Source: an uncultured Piscirickettsiaceae bacterium (GTDB lineage: Bacteria > Pseudomonadota > Gammaproteobacteria > GCF-002020875). Taken from it: 64,000 nucleotides of DNA. The DNA is taken from positions 442-64,441 of the forward strand of contig CAYFMF010000003.1 of assembly GCA_964344135.1 (NCBI GenBank), read 5' to 3'. Within the stretch, counting starts at the first letter, position 1, and every line of letters starts with the position of its first letter. Positions 9,645 through 21,285 of the stretch are shown here, piece by piece. The notes beneath the pieces are model-generated. The model made no database searches. It saw only the letters and a list, made by a program, of their open reading frames with translations, and had not been told where the DNA came from. The translations under genes and the position numbers were made by a program.

Positions 9645-10087
9645 AGCAGCGAGAGCGGAACCTCCACCATCTCGATCCCTGCCTCCTCGAAGATGAGGCG
9701 CGTCAGGGCAACACTCTCCTCCCAGCGGGACATCTCATCCGGGATGGTGGTCACTACGCGACTGATCCCGGTCTGAATGATCTTTGCCGCACAGCGGGAA
9801 CAGGGGGGCAGCGGATAGACATAGATGGTGTTGCCGGAAAGATCCGACCTGGAGAAGAGCAGCGCATTCTCCTCCGCATGGAGCACCAGCGAATACTTGG
9901 TCTCTCGATCATGCAACCGCTTGTCATCCGACAGCCCCTGAGGGAAACCGTTAAAACCGAGCGAGACCACCTTGTTGCCCTTGGCAACCACCGCACCCAC
10001 CTGGGTACTGGGGTCCTTTGACCACTCCGCCACATGGGAGGCGAGCCCCAGAAAACGCCGATCCCACTTGCTCAACTCATGTTCCAT
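9629..10087 (-). CDS. dCMP deaminase (ComEB-type cytidine/deoxycytidylate deaminase)
   Basis: 152 aa. Zinc-binding HAEENAL and PCSRCAAKII motifs. Confidence 0.8.
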   Translation of the reverse strand: MEHELSKWDRRFLGLASHVAEWSKDPSTQVGAVVAKGNKVVSLGFNGFPQGLSDDKRLHDRETKYSLVLHAEENALLFSRSDLSGNTIYVYPLPPCSRCAAKIIQTGISRVVTTIPDEMSRWEESVALTRLIFEEAGIEMVEVPLSLLQEDG

Positions 10088-10368
10088 TCACCACTCTCCT
10101 GATCCCTCTCTTCAATCGGCTGCTGAGTATATCGGTTCCTGGGAAGAGAAAAAACCATAGACCCTCAACACATTGTGGCTCTGAGGCAGTGCAGGACACT
10201 CTGTTGCAGAAGTGTCTGTGGCATGGACGCGCAGAGGTCAGGCCTGCGGGGATGTAGTTACGGCGTCTCCAGAAACGGGATGCCCTCTCCTCTGAAGGGA
10301 AAAGTATCAAAAAACCGCCATGGCCGAAAAGGCACATGACGGTCATTTGCCAATGAGTTCAATAGAGA

Positions 10369-11457
10369 CTACTGAATCACGATATTGGGGAACTTGGTGG
10401 TGAAATCCTTCTTCTGCTGCGCAAGCTTTGCCGATGCACGGCGTGCAATCTCGCGGTAGAGCCTTGCGATCTGACCCTCGGGATCCGCAACCACGGTCGG
10501 CTTGCCGCCATCGGTGTCACTGCGGATGGTCTTGTCCAGCGGGAGTCCGCCGAGGAAATCGACATGAGACTCCTCTGCCATGCGCTGACCACCGCCCTCG
10601 GCAAAGATATGCTCCTCATGGCCACAATTTGAGCAGATATGGATGCTCATGTTCTCGACCACGCCGAGCACAGGGACCTCCACCTTCTCAAACATCTTCA
10701 GCCCCTTGACCGCATCCAGCAGCGCAATATCCTGCGGTGTGGTCACGATGACCGCCCCGCTGACCGGAATTTTCTGGGCCAGTGTCAACTGAGTGTCACC
10801 GGTACCCGGTGGCAGATCAATAACCAGATAGTCCAGATTGTCCCACTGGGTATCCTTCAACAGCTGCTCCAGTGCCTGGGTAACCATCGGGCCACGCCAG
10901 ATCATCGGGGTATCCTCCTCCACCAGATACCCAATGGACATGGATTGAATCTGGTAGGAGCTGACCGGCTTCAGGCTCTTGCCATCCGGTGACTCCGGTT
11001 TTGCACCGTGAGCGCCCAGCATCCGTGGCTGACTGGGGCCATAAATATCGGCATCGAGCATCCCCACATTCGCCCCCTCTGCAGAGAGCGCAAGCGCCAG
11101 GTTGACCGCGGTGGTCGACTTTCCGACCCCCCCCTTGCCAGAGGCGACTGCAATAATGTTCTTCACACCATTGACGGACTGCACCCCCTTCTGCACGGCA
11201 TGAGCGACGATATTCCAGCTCACCTCCACTGTTGAGGCGCTAACACCATCAACAGCGTTGATAATCTCACTGATCTTCTCGCTCAACTCCTCCGCATAAC
11301 CCTTTGCAGGAAAGCCCAGCTCAATCTCTACCGTTACCGCTCCACCATCGATCCTCACATCCTTGATCGTCTTTGCAGAGACCAGATCACTCTCCAGATA
11401 GGGGTCGACATAGGCCGCGATTGCAGACTCAATCGTCTCGCGAGTCACTTCTGACAT
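10369..11457 (-). CDS. apbC: Iron-sulfur cluster carrier ATPase ApbC/Mrp
   Basis: 362 aa. N-terminal DUF59 domain, deviant Walker A GKGGVGKST, CxxC (CSNCGH) motif. Confidence 0.9.
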   Translation of the reverse strand: MSEVTRETIESAIAAYVDPYLESDLVSAKTIKDVRIDGGAVTVEIELGFPAKGYAEELSEKISEIINAVDGVSASTVEVSWNIVAHAVQKGVQSVNGVKNIIAVASGKGGVGKSTTAVNLALALSAEGANVGMLDADIYGPSQPRMLGAHGAKPESPDGKSLKPVSSYQIQSMSIGYLVEEDTPMIWRGPMVTQALEQLLKDTQWDNLDYLVIDLPPGTGDTQLTLAQKIPVSGAVIVTTPQDIALLDAVKGLKMFEKVEVPVLGVVENMSIHICSNCGHEEHIFAEGGGQRMAEESHVDFLGGLPLDKTIRSDTDGGKPTVVADPEGQIARLYREIARRASAKLAQQKKDFTTKFPNIVIQ

Positions 11458-11676
11458 GATAAAACTCCAAATTCATTTTCGATTAACAGAATTCACTAAT
11501 GCTAGCATATTCACACCGCTGAAGAGAACCAATAGTTGATGAATTTTGTAGGTTATTGTGCCAGGATCAATTTTCCTCCATTCACCCCGCTGAAGAGGGA
11601 TAAAACAGTGTGTAGTTTGTCGGCTAATTCGTTAAAATTGCAGGATTACCTGTAACAAAATAACAACAGACCTCTC

Positions 11677-13740
11677 ATGGCAGACTCCGCGCCCCGCAAG
11701 ATCCTGGTTACCAGTGCTCTCCCCTATGCAAATGGAAGCATCCATATTGGCCATCTGGTCGAGTACATTCAGACCGATATCTGGGCACGTTTCCAGAAGA
11801 TGCAGGGCAATGAGTGCTACTACGTCTGTGCCGATGATGCGCATGGCACCCCTATCATGCTGCGCGCCCAGAATGAGGGAATCACCCCGGAACAGCTGAT
11901 TGGTGACATGGCGGCGGAACACCAGGCAGACTTTGCAGAGTTCCTGATCGACTTTGACAACTACCACTCCACCCACTCCGATGAGAATCGTGAGCTCTCC
12001 AGCGAGATCTACAGACGCCTGCGAGAGAAGGGGTATATCACGACACGCACGATCGAGCAGGCCTATGATCCGGAACGCGAGATGTTTCTGCCCGATCGCT
12101 TCATCAAGGGGAGCTGCCCCAAGTGTGGAGCGGAGGATCAGTATGGGGACAACTGTGAGGCGTGCGGGGCCACCTACTCCACTGCCGAACTGAAGGATGC
12201 GGTCTCCGCCGTCTCTGGCGCCAGACCGGTCAACCGTGAGTCCGAGCACTACTTCTTCCGACTCTCCGAGTTTGAGGAGATGCTGAAGGGGTGGACCCAT
12301 GGAGGCCACCTCCAGGAGGAGGTCGCCAAGAAACTCAATGAGTGGTTTGAGGCCGGACTCCAGGAGTGGGATATCTCCAGGGATGCCCCCTACTTCGGCT
12401 TCAAGATCCCCGATACCGACGACAAATACTTCTATGTCTGGCTCGATGCCCCGATCGGTTACATGGCCAGCTTCAGGAATTTCTGCACAAAAAATGGGGT
12501 AGATTTTGATACCTTCTGGTCAAGTGAGAGCGAGGCGGAGCTCTACCACTTTATCGGCAAGGACATCATCTACTTCCACGCCCTCTTCTGGCCCGCGATG
12601 CTGGATGGGGCCGGTTTCCGCACCCCGACCGCGATCAATGCCCACGGCTTCCTGACCGTCAATGGGCAGAAGATGTCCAAATCCAGAGGGACCTTTATCA
12701 AGGCACGTACCTGGCTGGAACACCTCAATCCGGAGGCACTGCGCTACTACTTTGCCGCAAAACTGGGGCACGGAATCGAGGATCTGGATCTCAACCTTGA
12801 TGACTTCCGTGCCCGTGTCAATTCGGATCTGGTGGGCAAGGTGGTCAATATCGCCAGCCGCTGCGCCGGATTCATCACCAAACGGTTTGATGGACGACTC
12901 TCCGACCACTGCAGTGAGATGGAGCTCTACCAGGGTTTTGTCACTGCAGGCGACTCGATTGCCCAGCACTATGAGGATCGTGACTTTGGTCGTGCAGTGC
13001 GCGAGATCATGGCACTGGCAGACAGCGCCAACCGCTATATTGACGAGAAGAAACCCTGGGTGCTGGCCAAGGTGGAGGGGCGAGAGCAGGAGGTCCAGGA
13101 GGCGTGCAGTGTTGGGCTCAATCTGTTCCGTGCCCTGATGACCTATCTCAAGCCCGTTCTCCCACAGATGGCAGAAGAGGTGGAGAAGTTCCTCAATGCC
13201 GGCACACTGGACTGGGATGCGCTGCAGCACCCGCTTGAGGGAAGCACCATCAACCCCTTCAAGCCCCTGATGCGACGTGTTGAGGAGAAGGATACCGAGG
13301 CGATGGTTCAGGATTCAATGGAGTCCCTGCAGAGCCAGGAGGCTGAAACAAAACAGAAATCTTCTGCTGCTACAGTCGATGCCAGCGGCGACAGCGCCAT
13401 CGACCCCATTGCCGAGGAGATCAGCTTTGATGACTTTGCAAAGATTGACCTGCGTGTTGCCCGCATCGAAAAGGCCGAGCCGGTGGAGGGTGCGGATCGA
13501 CTGCTGCAGCTTACCCTTGACCTGGGTGGAGAGAAGAGAAATGTATTTGCCGGGATCAAGTCTGCCTACAGGCCAGAAGATCTGGAGGGAAAACTGACCG
13601 TGATGGTGGCCAACCTTGCTCCCAGAAAGATGCGCTTTGGACTCTCCGAGGGGATGGTCCTGGCTGCCGGACCTGGTGGGGATGATCTATTCATTCTCCA
13701 TCCGGACGATGGTGCGAAGCCGGGAATGAGGATCAAGTAA
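11677..13740 (+). CDS. metG: Methionine--tRNA ligase
   Basis: 687 aa. HIGH (ANGSIHIGH) and KMSKS motifs, zinc knuckle CPKCG...CEACG, C-terminal tRNA-binding domain. Divergent from mrp as in enterobacteria. Confidence 0.95.
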   Translation: MADSAPRKILVTSALPYANGSIHIGHLVEYIQTDIWARFQKMQGNECYYVCADDAHGTPIMLRAQNEGITPEQLIGDMAAEHQADFAEFLIDFDNYHSTHSDENRELSSEIYRRLREKGYITTRTIEQAYDPEREMFLPDRFIKGSCPKCGAEDQYGDNCEACGATYSTAELKDAVSAVSGARPVNRESEHYFFRLSEFEEMLKGWTHGGHLQEEVAKKLNEWFEAGLQEWDISRDAPYFGFKIPDTDDKYFYVWLDAPIGYMASFRNFCTKNGVDFDTFWSSESEAELYHFIGKDIIYFHALFWPAMLDGAGFRTPTAINAHGFLTVNGQKMSKSRGTFIKARTWLEHLNPEALRYYFAAKLGHGIEDLDLNLDDFRARVNSDLVGKVVNIASRCAGFITKRFDGRLSDHCSEMELYQGFVTAGDSIAQHYEDRDFGRAVREIMALADSANRYIDEKKPWVLAKVEGREQEVQEACSVGLNLFRALMTYLKPVLPQMAEEVEKFLNAGTLDWDALQHPLEGSTINPFKPLMRRVEEKDTEAMVQDSMESLQSQEAETKQKSSAATVDASGDSAIDPIAEEISFDDFAKIDLRVARIEKAEPVEGADRLLQLTLDLGGEKRNVFAGIKSAYRPEDLEGKLTVMVANLAPRKMRFGLSEGMVLAAGPGGDDLFILHPDDGAKPGMRIK

Positions 13741-13741
13741 G

Positions 13742-14323
13742 TTGAGCGAGATTGCGCTAATTCTGGTTAGCACCATCCTGGTCAACAATTTCGTTCTGGT
13801 CAAATTCCTTGGCCTCTGCCCCTTTATGGGGGTCTCCAGAAAGCTGGAGACTGCCATCGGCATGGGGCTTGCGACCACCTTTGTTCTGACCCTCTCCGCC
13901 TCACTCAGCTATCTGGTCAACGAGTACCTCTTGATACCGCTCGGCCTGGGGTACCTCCGTACCATCGCATTCATTCTGGTGATTGCGGCAATCGTCAACT
14001 TCACCGAGATGTTTGTCCACAAGACCAGCCCCATGCTCTATCAGGTGCTGGGGATCTTCCTGCCACTGATCACCACAAACTGTGCGGTTCTGGGCGTTGC
14101 CCTGCTCAATACCCGTGAGCAGCACAGCTTTATCGAGTCAGCGGCCTTCGGTTTTGGTGCAGCAGTCGGCTTCTCGCTGGTCCTGGTTGCCTTTGCTGCC
14201 ATCCGTGAACGTGTACGTGCGGCCGATGTCCCTGAACCCTTCCGTGGCGCATCCATTGCAATGATCACTGCCGGACTTCTCTCCATCGCATTTATGGGGT
14301 TTACCGGTCTGGTACATGGATAG
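13742..14323 (+). CDS. rnfA: Rnf electron-transport complex subunit A
   Basis: 193 aa, TTG start. Aligns residue for residue with RsxA ([21 protein letters not shown]). Confidence 0.9.
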   Translation: MSEIALILVSTILVNNFVLVKFLGLCPFMGVSRKLETAIGMGLATTFVLTLSASLSYLVNEYLLIPLGLGYLRTIAFILVIAAIVNFTEMFVHKTSPMLYQVLGIFLPLITTNCAVLGVALLNTREQHSFIESAAFGFGAAVGFSLVLVAFAAIRERVRAADVPEPFRGASIAMITAGLLSIAFMGFTGLVHG

Positions 14324-14335
14324 GAGGGACTCCAG

Positions 14336-14920
14336 ATGCTAAATGCGGTTCTTGCAATTGCCCTCCTCGCCTCACTGTTCGGGGCACTACTGGGCTTTGC
14401 ATCGATCCGCTACAGGGTTGAGGGGGATCCGATTGTCGACAACATCGATGAGCTGCTTCCCCAGACCCAGTGCGGACAGTGCGGATACCCGGGCTGTCGC
14501 CCCTATGCGGAGGCCATTGCCAGCGGGGAGGCCGAGATCAATCTCTGCCCTCCCGGAGGAGAGGCTGTCATGGTTTCGCTCGCCAGTCTGCTCGACCGTG
14601 AACCGGTTGCACTGGAGCAGGAGCAGAGGATTCCCGGGATTGCACTGATTGATGAGCAGGTCTGCATTGGGTGCACGCTCTGCATTCAGGCCTGTCCGGT
14701 GGATGCCATTCTGGGGGCAGCCAAACAGATGCACACGGTCATTGCCGATGAGTGTACTGGCTGCGAGCTCTGCCTCCCCCCCTGCCCGGTGGACTGCATC
14801 ACCATGGAGCCCATCCCGTTCGAGCTTGGTGACTGGATCTATCCGGAACCACCCCCCATCTCGGGCCACGGGGCCCAGAGTGACGAGGCGTCTCTGATGA
14901 CCACAAGGGAGGCCGCGTAA
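14336..14920 (+). CDS. rnfB: Rnf complex subunit B (ferredoxin-type)
   Basis: CGQCGYPGC...CPPGG and two 4Fe-4S CxxCxxCxxxCP motifs. Confidence 0.9.
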   Translation: MLNAVLAIALLASLFGALLGFASIRYRVEGDPIVDNIDELLPQTQCGQCGYPGCRPYAEAIASGEAEINLCPPGGEAVMVSLASLLDREPVALEQEQRIPGIALIDEQVCIGCTLCIQACPVDAILGAAKQMHTVIADECTGCELCLPPCPVDCITMEPIPFELGDWIYPEPPPISGHGAQSDEASLMTTREAA

Positions 14921-14923
14921 CAG

Positions 14924-16567
14924 ATGATGCGCCCCCTGCACCGATTCCATGGCGGCATCCACCCGCAGCAACACAAGAAGCTGACACGGGATCGCGCTAT
15001 TGAGGCCGTTCCAGTGCCCGACGAGGTGGTAGTTACCCTCCACCAGGGGGTCGGAAGCGTCAACCGCCCCATTGTCTCTGTCGGTGACCCGGTCAAGAAG
15101 GGACAGCGGTTGAGCGAGTGCTTCAACCCCACCAGTGTACCGATCCACTCCCCCTGCACAGGAACCGTTACCGCCATTGAGAAACGCCCCTTCCCCCACC
15201 CCTCCGGGATGGAGGATCAGGCCATTGTAATCCGCTGCGTAGATAATCAGAGTACCCCCGTACCCTCTAGCGAGAAGCCAGAGCTGCAACCCCTGCTGCA
15301 GGAGCTCTCCCCGGAGGAGATTGTGACACGTATCCGGATGGGCGGGGTGATTGGTCTTGGTGGTGCCGGCTTTCCAACCTCCGTCAAGGTCCGTACAGGG
15401 ACCCAGCTCCCGATCAGAACCCTGATCATCAATGGCATGGAGTGCGAGCCCTACATCACCTGTGACGATGCACTGATGCGGGAGCAGGCGACAGAGATCA
15501 TCCACGGGATCGAGATCCTGGATCATCTGCTGAGACCGGAGGAGATCCTGGTGGGAGTTGAGGATAACAAGCCCGAGGCCATTCAGGCGATGAAAAAGGC
15601 TGCGGACCGCTCCGCCTCGCAGATCGAGATTATTACCACACCCACCATCTACCCCTCCGGTGGAGAGAGACAGCTGATCAAGATCCTGACCGGTCAGGAG
15701 GTACCCAGTGGCGGCCTCCCCCATGACCTCTCTATCCTCTGCCAGAATGTGGCAACAGCCAGCTCCATCTACCACACCCTGATCGGAGAACCACTGACAG
15801 AGCGCCTGGTCACCGTTACCGGAGACGGTGTGGAGAGGCCGGGAAACTACCGGGTTCCGATCGGCATGCCGATTGAGGAGTTGCTGCAGCAGTGCGCTGT
15901 TACCAGAGAGAGTGCCCGAATCACCGTTGGCGGCCCGATGATGGGATTCCCGCTGCTGAACCGGCGCAGCCCGATCACAAAAACGGTCAACTGCCTGATC
16001 GTGGAGAAGAGCAGCTCGCTTCCAGCTGCACCAACACGACGCAACTGCATCCGCTGTGCCGCCTGCAGTGATGCCTGCCCTGCACTGCTGCTCCCCCAGC
16101 AGCTCTACTGGGCAGCCCAGTCAAGAGACTTTGAGCGTACTGAGGCACTGCACCTCTTTGACTGCATTGAGTGTGGCTGCTGCAACCATGTCTGCCCGAG
16201 CCATATCCCGCTGGTGGAGTACTATCGCCATGCAAAGGGGGTGCTGCGCAGCCAGCAGCATGAGCAGAAGAAGGCGGATCGTGCCCGTAATCGCCATGAG
16301 TTCCGGGACGCTCGCCTGCTTCGGGAGAAGGAGGAGAAGGCAAGAAAACTGGCGAAGAAGCGGGCCGCTCTCAAGGCCAGGGAGAAGAGCGGAGGCCAGG
16401 ATGACAGTGGGAAGAAAGAGGCGATCCGTGCGGCCATTGAGCGGGCAAAGGCAAAGCGCTCTGCCATGAAGGGCAGCCCGGAGGCGGACCCGGCAGAAGA
16501 GCAGCAGGCCGAAAAAGAGCATGATTCAGATAAAAACAGCAATGGAGTGAGCAATGGTTCCGCATAA
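14924..16567 (+). CDS. rnfC: Rnf complex subunit C with a Lys/Glu/Arg-rich C-terminal tail
   Basis: 547 aa. NADH/FMN-binding region GGAGFPT, two ferredoxin CxxCxxCxxxCP motifs. The low-complexity tail resembles the extension of RsxC. Confidence 0.9.
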   Translation: MMRPLHRFHGGIHPQQHKKLTRDRAIEAVPVPDEVVVTLHQGVGSVNRPIVSVGDPVKKGQRLSECFNPTSVPIHSPCTGTVTAIEKRPFPHPSGMEDQAIVIRCVDNQSTPVPSSEKPELQPLLQELSPEEIVTRIRMGGVIGLGGAGFPTSVKVRTGTQLPIRTLIINGMECEPYITCDDALMREQATEIIHGIEILDHLLRPEEILVGVEDNKPEAIQAMKKAADRSASQIEIITTPTIYPSGGERQLIKILTGQEVPSGGLPHDLSILCQNVATASSIYHTLIGEPLTERLVTVTGDGVERPGNYRVPIGMPIEELLQQCAVTRESARITVGGPMMGFPLLNRRSPITKTVNCLIVEKSSSLPAAPTRRNCIRCAACSDACPALLLPQQLYWAAQSRDFERTEALHLFDCIECGCCNHVCPSHIPLVEYYRHAKGVLRSQQHEQKKADRARNRHEFRDARLLREKEEKARKLAKKRAALKAREKSGGQDDSGKKEAIRAAIERAKAKRSAMKGSPEADPAEEQQAEKEHDSDKNSNGVSNGSA

Positions 16568-17573
16568 CCCCAGTACAACAGCACGCGAGATGGGGATGGT
16601 TATCCTTGCCCTGATCCCCGGACTGCTGGCACTGACATGGATTTTTGGCGCCGGAATGCTGATCCATGCCGCGATCACTGTCACTACCGCCGTTGCAGCA
16701 GAGTCACTGATTCTGGCCCTCCGTGGGCGCTCACCGATGAGCGGCATCAGTGATCTCAGTGCAGTGCTCACCGCACTGCTGCTGGCTGCAGCACTGCCCC
16801 CTCTCCTCCCCTGGTGGATGGCCGTTCTGGGCACCCTGTTTGCGATCATTCTGGCCAAACAGCTCTACGGGGGGCTGGGACAGAATCCGTTTAACCCCGC
16901 CATGGTCGGCTATGTCATTCTGCTGATCTCCTTTCCACTGGAGATGACCAGCTGGCTCCCCCCCTCCGGACTGGATGGATCGACCATCGGGGTCATACAG
17001 ACACTACAGGTCATCCTTGGTGTTGGTGATTTTCCACCGCTCGACACCCTGACCGGGGCAACCCCACTGGATGCGATGAAGACCTCTCTGGACCAGGGGT
17101 TCACCATTCGTGAGAGCTGGGAGAGGGTTCCGCTGGGGATGATGGCTGGGGCGGGATGGGAGTGGATCAACCTGGCATTCCTCGCTGGAGGGCTGATCCT
17201 GCTGGCAACACGGACCATCTCCTGGCAGATACCGCTCAGCATGCTGGTTGCCCTGCATCTGACCGCCTTCCTCTTCAACACCATCGATCCCGCAAACTTC
17301 ACCACCCCGCTCTATCACCTGCTCAGCGGTGGCATCATGCTCGGTGCCTTCTTTATCGCAACCGACCCGGTCACCGCCAGCACCACACCGATGGGGAGAA
17401 TCTGGTTTGGTGCAGGCATTGGGGTTCTGGTCTATATCATACGGACCTGGGGCGGTTATCCCGATGCGGTCGCGTTCAGTGTTCTGCTGATGAACATGTT
17501 TGCCCCGCTGATTGACCACTTTACACAGCCTGCCGTCTATGGGGCACAGCAGTCGGAGGAGCACCGGGAGTGA
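16554..17573 (+). CDS. rnfD: Rnf complex subunit D
   Basis: 339 aa polytopic NqrB/RnfD family. Overlaps rnfC by 14 bp. Confidence 0.9.
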   Translation: MVPHNPSTTAREMGMVILALIPGLLALTWIFGAGMLIHAAITVTTAVAAESLILALRGRSPMSGISDLSAVLTALLLAAALPPLLPWWMAVLGTLFAIILAKQLYGGLGQNPFNPAMVGYVILLISFPLEMTSWLPPSGLDGSTIGVIQTLQVILGVGDFPPLDTLTGATPLDAMKTSLDQGFTIRESWERVPLGMMAGAGWEWINLAFLAGGLILLATRTISWQIPLSMLVALHLTAFLFNTIDPANFTTPLYHLLSGGIMLGAFFIATDPVTASTTPMGRIWFGAGIGVLVYIIRTWGGYPDAVAFSVLLMNMFAPLIDHFTQPAVYGAQQSEEHRE

Positions 17574-18298
17574 GCGAGCAGGAGAACAATGGGGTGATCC
17601 CCGAGTGGGTGCGTATCGCCCTGCGCAGTGCCGGGATGCTCGCGCTCTTTGCCCTCTTCGGAACCGCACTGGTTGCCGTCACCCATGACCTGACCCGGGA
17701 GCAGATTGCCGAGAACAAGCGACTTGCACTGCTCAAGTCACTGACACAACTGGTACCCGAATCCGAGTATGACAACAACCTGCTGGAGGATACTCGCCCC
17801 CTGCCGGCCAGTGATCTCCTGGGGACCAGCGAGATGACCAATGCCTACCTTGCCAAGCGTGATGGGGCCGTTCACACCATACTGATCACCCCAGCCACCC
17901 AGGAGGGGTACAACGGCACCATCAACCTGCTGGTTGCCATCCGGGCCGATGGCTCCCTCGCTGGTGTCCGTGTACTCGGTCACTCGGAGACCCCGGGGCT
18001 GGGCGACCTGATCGATGTCAAGAAGTCGGACTGGATCCACTCCTTTGCCGGCCACTCTCTGGACAATCTCACCAAGAAACAGTGGGGTGTGAAAAAGGAT
18101 GGTGGAATCTTTGACCAGTTTACCGGGGCAACCATCACCCCACGTGCAATTGTGAAGGCCGTTCACAAGAGCCTGCGCTATTTTGCAGAGCACCGCGAAC
18201 AACTGTTGTTGTGCGCCTCCATGCCCAGGAGCACCATTCGAAAAAGTGGCGAAACAGCGATAACCATCAGCAACCAACTATGTACAGATAGAGGATAG
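17570..18298 (+). CDS. rnfG: Rnf complex subunit G (FMN-binding)
   Basis: GTG start overlapping the rnfD stop. FMN-attachment motif [10 protein letters not shown]. Confidence 0.85.
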   Translation: MSEQENNGVIPEWVRIALRSAGMLALFALFGTALVAVTHDLTREQIAENKRLALLKSLTQLVPESEYDNNLLEDTRPLPASDLLGTSEMTNAYLAKRDGAVHTILITPATQEGYNGTINLLVAIRADGSLAGVRVLGHSETPGLGDLIDVKKSDWIHSFAGHSLDNLTKKQWGVKKDGGIFDQFTGATITPRAIVKAVHKSLRYFAEHREQLLLCASMPRSTIRKSGETAITISNQLCTDRG

Positions 18299-18309
18299 AG
18301 GGAACCACA

Positions 18310-19029
18310 ATGAGTGAAGAGACTTCCCAGGCGGCACCCGCTGTTGTTGACTACAGAAAAATCATCAATGATGGCCTCTGGACCAATAATGCAGGTCTGG
18401 TCCAGCTGCTGGGGCTCTGTCCACTGCTGGCGGTAACCACAACCACAATCAACGGATTGGGGCTGGGGCTTGCAACCACGCTGACCCTGATCATCTCCAA
18501 CCTGATGGTCTCCTCAATCCGCAATATCGTCACCAAGGAGATCCGTATCCCGGTCTTTGTCCTGATCATCGCCTGCACCGTAACCGGCATTGAGCTGGCG
18601 ATGAATGCCTGGTTCCACGAACTCTTCCTGGTGCTCGGTATCTTCATCCCCCTGATCGTCACCAACTGTGCCATTATCGGCCGTGCAGAGGCCTTTGCCA
18701 GCCGCAACTCGCTGCTCCCCTCGCTGGCTGATGCCATCAGTATGGGCATTGGTTTTACCCTGATTCTGATGCTGCTGGGTGGGATGCGCGAGATATTCGG
18801 TTTTGGAACCCTGCTTGCACAGTCTGACTTGATGTTTGGAGAGGGTGCAGGCTGGATGACCATGACCCTGGTTGAGGATTATCGCGGCTTCCTGCTTGCC
18901 ATCCTCCCCCCAGGCGCATTTATCGGGCTTGGACTGATCATCGCGGCAAAGAACCGGATTGATCAGCGGATGGAAATGGCCAGAGTGGAGTCCAGCCAGA
19001 GCCCGGATGCCGTGACACAGACCGCCTGA
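18310..19029 (+). CDS. rnfE: Rnf complex subunit E
   Basis: 239 aa. RnfA/RnfE family ([23 protein letters not shown]). Confidence 0.9.
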   Translation: MSEETSQAAPAVVDYRKIINDGLWTNNAGLVQLLGLCPLLAVTTTTINGLGLGLATTLTLIISNLMVSSIRNIVTKEIRIPVFVLIIACTVTGIELAMNAWFHELFLVLGIFIPLIVTNCAIIGRAEAFASRNSLLPSLADAISMGIGFTLILMLLGGMREIFGFGTLLAQSDLMFGEGAGWMTMTLVEDYRGFLLAILPPGAFIGLGLIIAAKNRIDQRMEMARVESSQSPDAVTQTA

Positions 19030-19042
19030 CCCCTGAATCACC

Positions 19043-19675
19043 GTGAACAGGACCATTCGGGAAGAGATCTTCAGGCGCCTTGCCGAGGCCATCCCCGACC
19101 CAACCACAGAACTCAACTATCGCTCTCCATTTGAGCTTCTGGTCTCCGTTGTCCTCTCGGCACAGGCCACCGATGTCAGCGTCAACAAGGCGACAGAAAA
19201 GCTGTTTGCCGTCGCCAACACCCCACGGGCGCTGCTTGAACTCGGTGAGAAGCGACTAAGAGACTATATCAAGACCATCGGCCTCTACAACAGCAAGGCA
19301 AGACATCTGATCCAGACCGCGACCATTCTTCATCAGCAGTATGGTGATCAGGTTCCGGATCAGCGCAGTGATCTTGAGTCCCTCCCCGGGGTGGGGCGCA
19401 AGACCGCCAATGTAATCCTCAATACCGCCTTTGGTCAGCCCACCATTGCAGTGGACACCCATATCTTCCGGGTCTCCAACCGCACCCGGATAGCCCCGGG
19501 AAAGAGTGTTCTTGAGGTGGAGAAGAGACTGCTGAGGCATGTTCCCAAACCATATCGACAGGATGCCCACCACCTGCTGATCCTCCATGGTCGCTACACC
19601 TGCACTGCACGCAACCCGAAATGTGCGACATGCTGTATCCTTGATCTCTGTGAATACAGAGAAAAAACAGCATGA
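19043..19675 (+). CDS. nth: Endonuclease III
   Basis: 210 aa, GTG start. Near-collinear with E. coli Nth (HhH-GPD, LPGVGRKTANVILN, C-x6-C-x2-C-x5-C cluster). Confidence 0.9.
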   Translation: MNRTIREEIFRRLAEAIPDPTTELNYRSPFELLVSVVLSAQATDVSVNKATEKLFAVANTPRALLELGEKRLRDYIKTIGLYNSKARHLIQTATILHQQYGDQVPDQRSDLESLPGVGRKTANVILNTAFGQPTIAVDTHIFRVSNRTRIAPGKSVLEVEKRLLRHVPKPYRQDAHHLLILHGRYTCTARNPKCATCCILDLCEYREKTA

Positions 19676-19765
19676 ACTGTAACGTACCAGAAAGTCAGCA
19701 TGGTGGCCCAGAGATGGCCATGGCTGAATCTGCCTCTCTCACACAGTGATGATCGACACAACATC

Positions 19766-20200
19766 ATGATTTTTACCCAGAACCGTGAAGAGATCCGCCG
19801 CTTCTACCTGCAGGCATGGGAGAAGCAGCAGCAGGGGTTTCCCCTGGAGCCACTGGAGGCGCAGATTGTGGACATCATCCAGGCACACCCCGAATACCAC
19901 CCGCTACTGGCGCAGGGAGAGGATGGAATCGACCGCGAGTGGACGCCGGAGATGGGCGAGAGCAACCCCTTTCTCCACATGGGGATGCATCTGGCGATCC
20001 GTGAACAGCTCTCCACCGATCGCCCACCAGGAATACGTGATGCGACCAGAACGCTGCTCAAGCAGATTGGGGATGGCCATGAGACCGAGCACCGGATGAT
20101 GGAGTGCCTCGGCGAGACCCTCTGGCGTGGACAGCGAGACGGCAAGGGGCCGGATGAGCAGGCCTATCTACAGTGTGTAATCAGGCTGGGACGCAGGTAA
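19766..20200 (+). CDS. DUF1841-family protein
   Basis: About 144 aa from MIFTQNREEIRRFY. NPFLHMGMHLAIREQL motif typical of DUF1841. Confidence 0.5.
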   Translation: MIFTQNREEIRRFYLQAWEKQQQGFPLEPLEAQIVDIIQAHPEYHPLLAQGEDGIDREWTPEMGESNPFLHMGMHLAIREQLSTDRPPGIRDATRTLLKQIGDGHETEHRMMECLGETLWRGQRDGKGPDEQAYLQCVIRLGRR

Positions 20201-20292
20201 CCGGTAGCCTCTCGATAGCCTGATACTGTTTCTGGAGGTATTTGCAAATACCTCTCTGGTCAGAACTATTGAGATATGGACGAGGCTAGCGG

Positions 20293-21270
20293 CTAAACAA
20301 CGGAGTCCGGCTGCTCCGCCCCCTCCTTCTTCGGAGGCATCAGATCCTCCTTGCTGACCCCCAGTGCCAGAATCGTGTTGCTGGCCACGTAGATCGAGGA
20401 GTAGGTTCCAACCACCACACCCACAATCAGCGCCAGCGCAAAGCCGTGGATGATCTCCCCTCCCAGGAAGAAGAGTGCAAGCAGTACGATCAGGGTTGTG
20501 ATCGATGTCATCAAGGTACGGGAGAGGGTCTGGTTCAGGGATCCATTGATTACCTCTATGGGTGTCCCCTTGCGCATCTTCCTGAAGTTCTCGCGAATAC
20601 GGTCAAATACAACAATGGTGTCGTTGAGCGAATAGCCGATCACCGCAAGGATGGCGGCCAGTACCGGGAGGTCAAACTCAATCTGCAGCAGAGAGAAGAC
20701 CCCAAGGGTCAGAATCACATCATGGATCAGCGCGGCAACCGCCCCGACCGAGAAGCGGTACTCAAAACGGAGCGCCACGTAGATCAGAATCGCAAACAGC
20801 GAGAAGAGTACCGCAAGCCCACCATCCTCCGTCAACTCGTCACCAACCTGGGGGCCTACAAACTCGACACGACGCATCTTCACGTCACCGGTTGCACGAC
20901 CTCGTTCCTCGGTTGCACGACCTCGTTCCTCGGTTGATTTCAGCACAGCCAGCACCTGGCTGCTGAGATCAGCCGCCTTCACCCCCTCGCGCGGAGCCAG
21001 CCGAATCAGCACATCCTGTGCGGTTCCAAAGTGCTGCACCACCGCCTCACCGAAACCGGCACCGTCCAGCGCGCCTCTTATCCGATCCAGCTCCGCCGGC
21101 TCCGAATAACCCACCTCGATCAGGGTTCCGCCGGTAAAATCAATCCCCGGATTGAGCTTCAGGGTAAAGAGTGAGGCCAGTGATACCAGAATCAGTGCGG
21201 TGGAGAAGAGCGCAGCAATCCTGCGCTTTCCCATGAAATCCAGTCCAAGTCCCTCTTTCAATATCTGCAT
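20293..21270 (-). CDS. secF: Protein translocase subunit SecF
   Basis: 325 aa. Contains an in-frame 21-bp tandem duplication (TEERGRA x2) in the periplasmic loop. Confidence 0.9.
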   Translation of the reverse strand: MQILKEGLGLDFMGKRRIAALFSTALILVSLASLFTLKLNPGIDFTGGTLIEVGYSEPAELDRIRGALDGAGFGEAVVQHFGTAQDVLIRLAPREGVKAADLSSQVLAVLKSTEERGRATEERGRATGDVKMRRVEFVGPQVGDELTEDGGLAVLFSLFAILIYVALRFEYRFSVGAVAALIHDVILTLGVFSLLQIEFDLPVLAAILAVIGYSLNDTIVVFDRIRENFRKMRKGTPIEVINGSLNQTLSRTLMTSITTLIVLLALFFLGGEIIHGFALALIVGVVVGTYSSIYVASNTILALGVSKEDLMPPKKEGAEQPDSVV

Positions 21271-21285
21271 TGTTCTCTCCTAAAC

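Noticed and set aside
20235-20254. Perfect 20-bp palindrome gaggtatttgcaaatacctc between the convergent DUF1841 and secF genes
   Set aside because: A stem with a 2-nt loop cannot form a stable hairpin and there is no U-tract. It could be a protein-binding site, but nothing else supports a function. Single occurrence.
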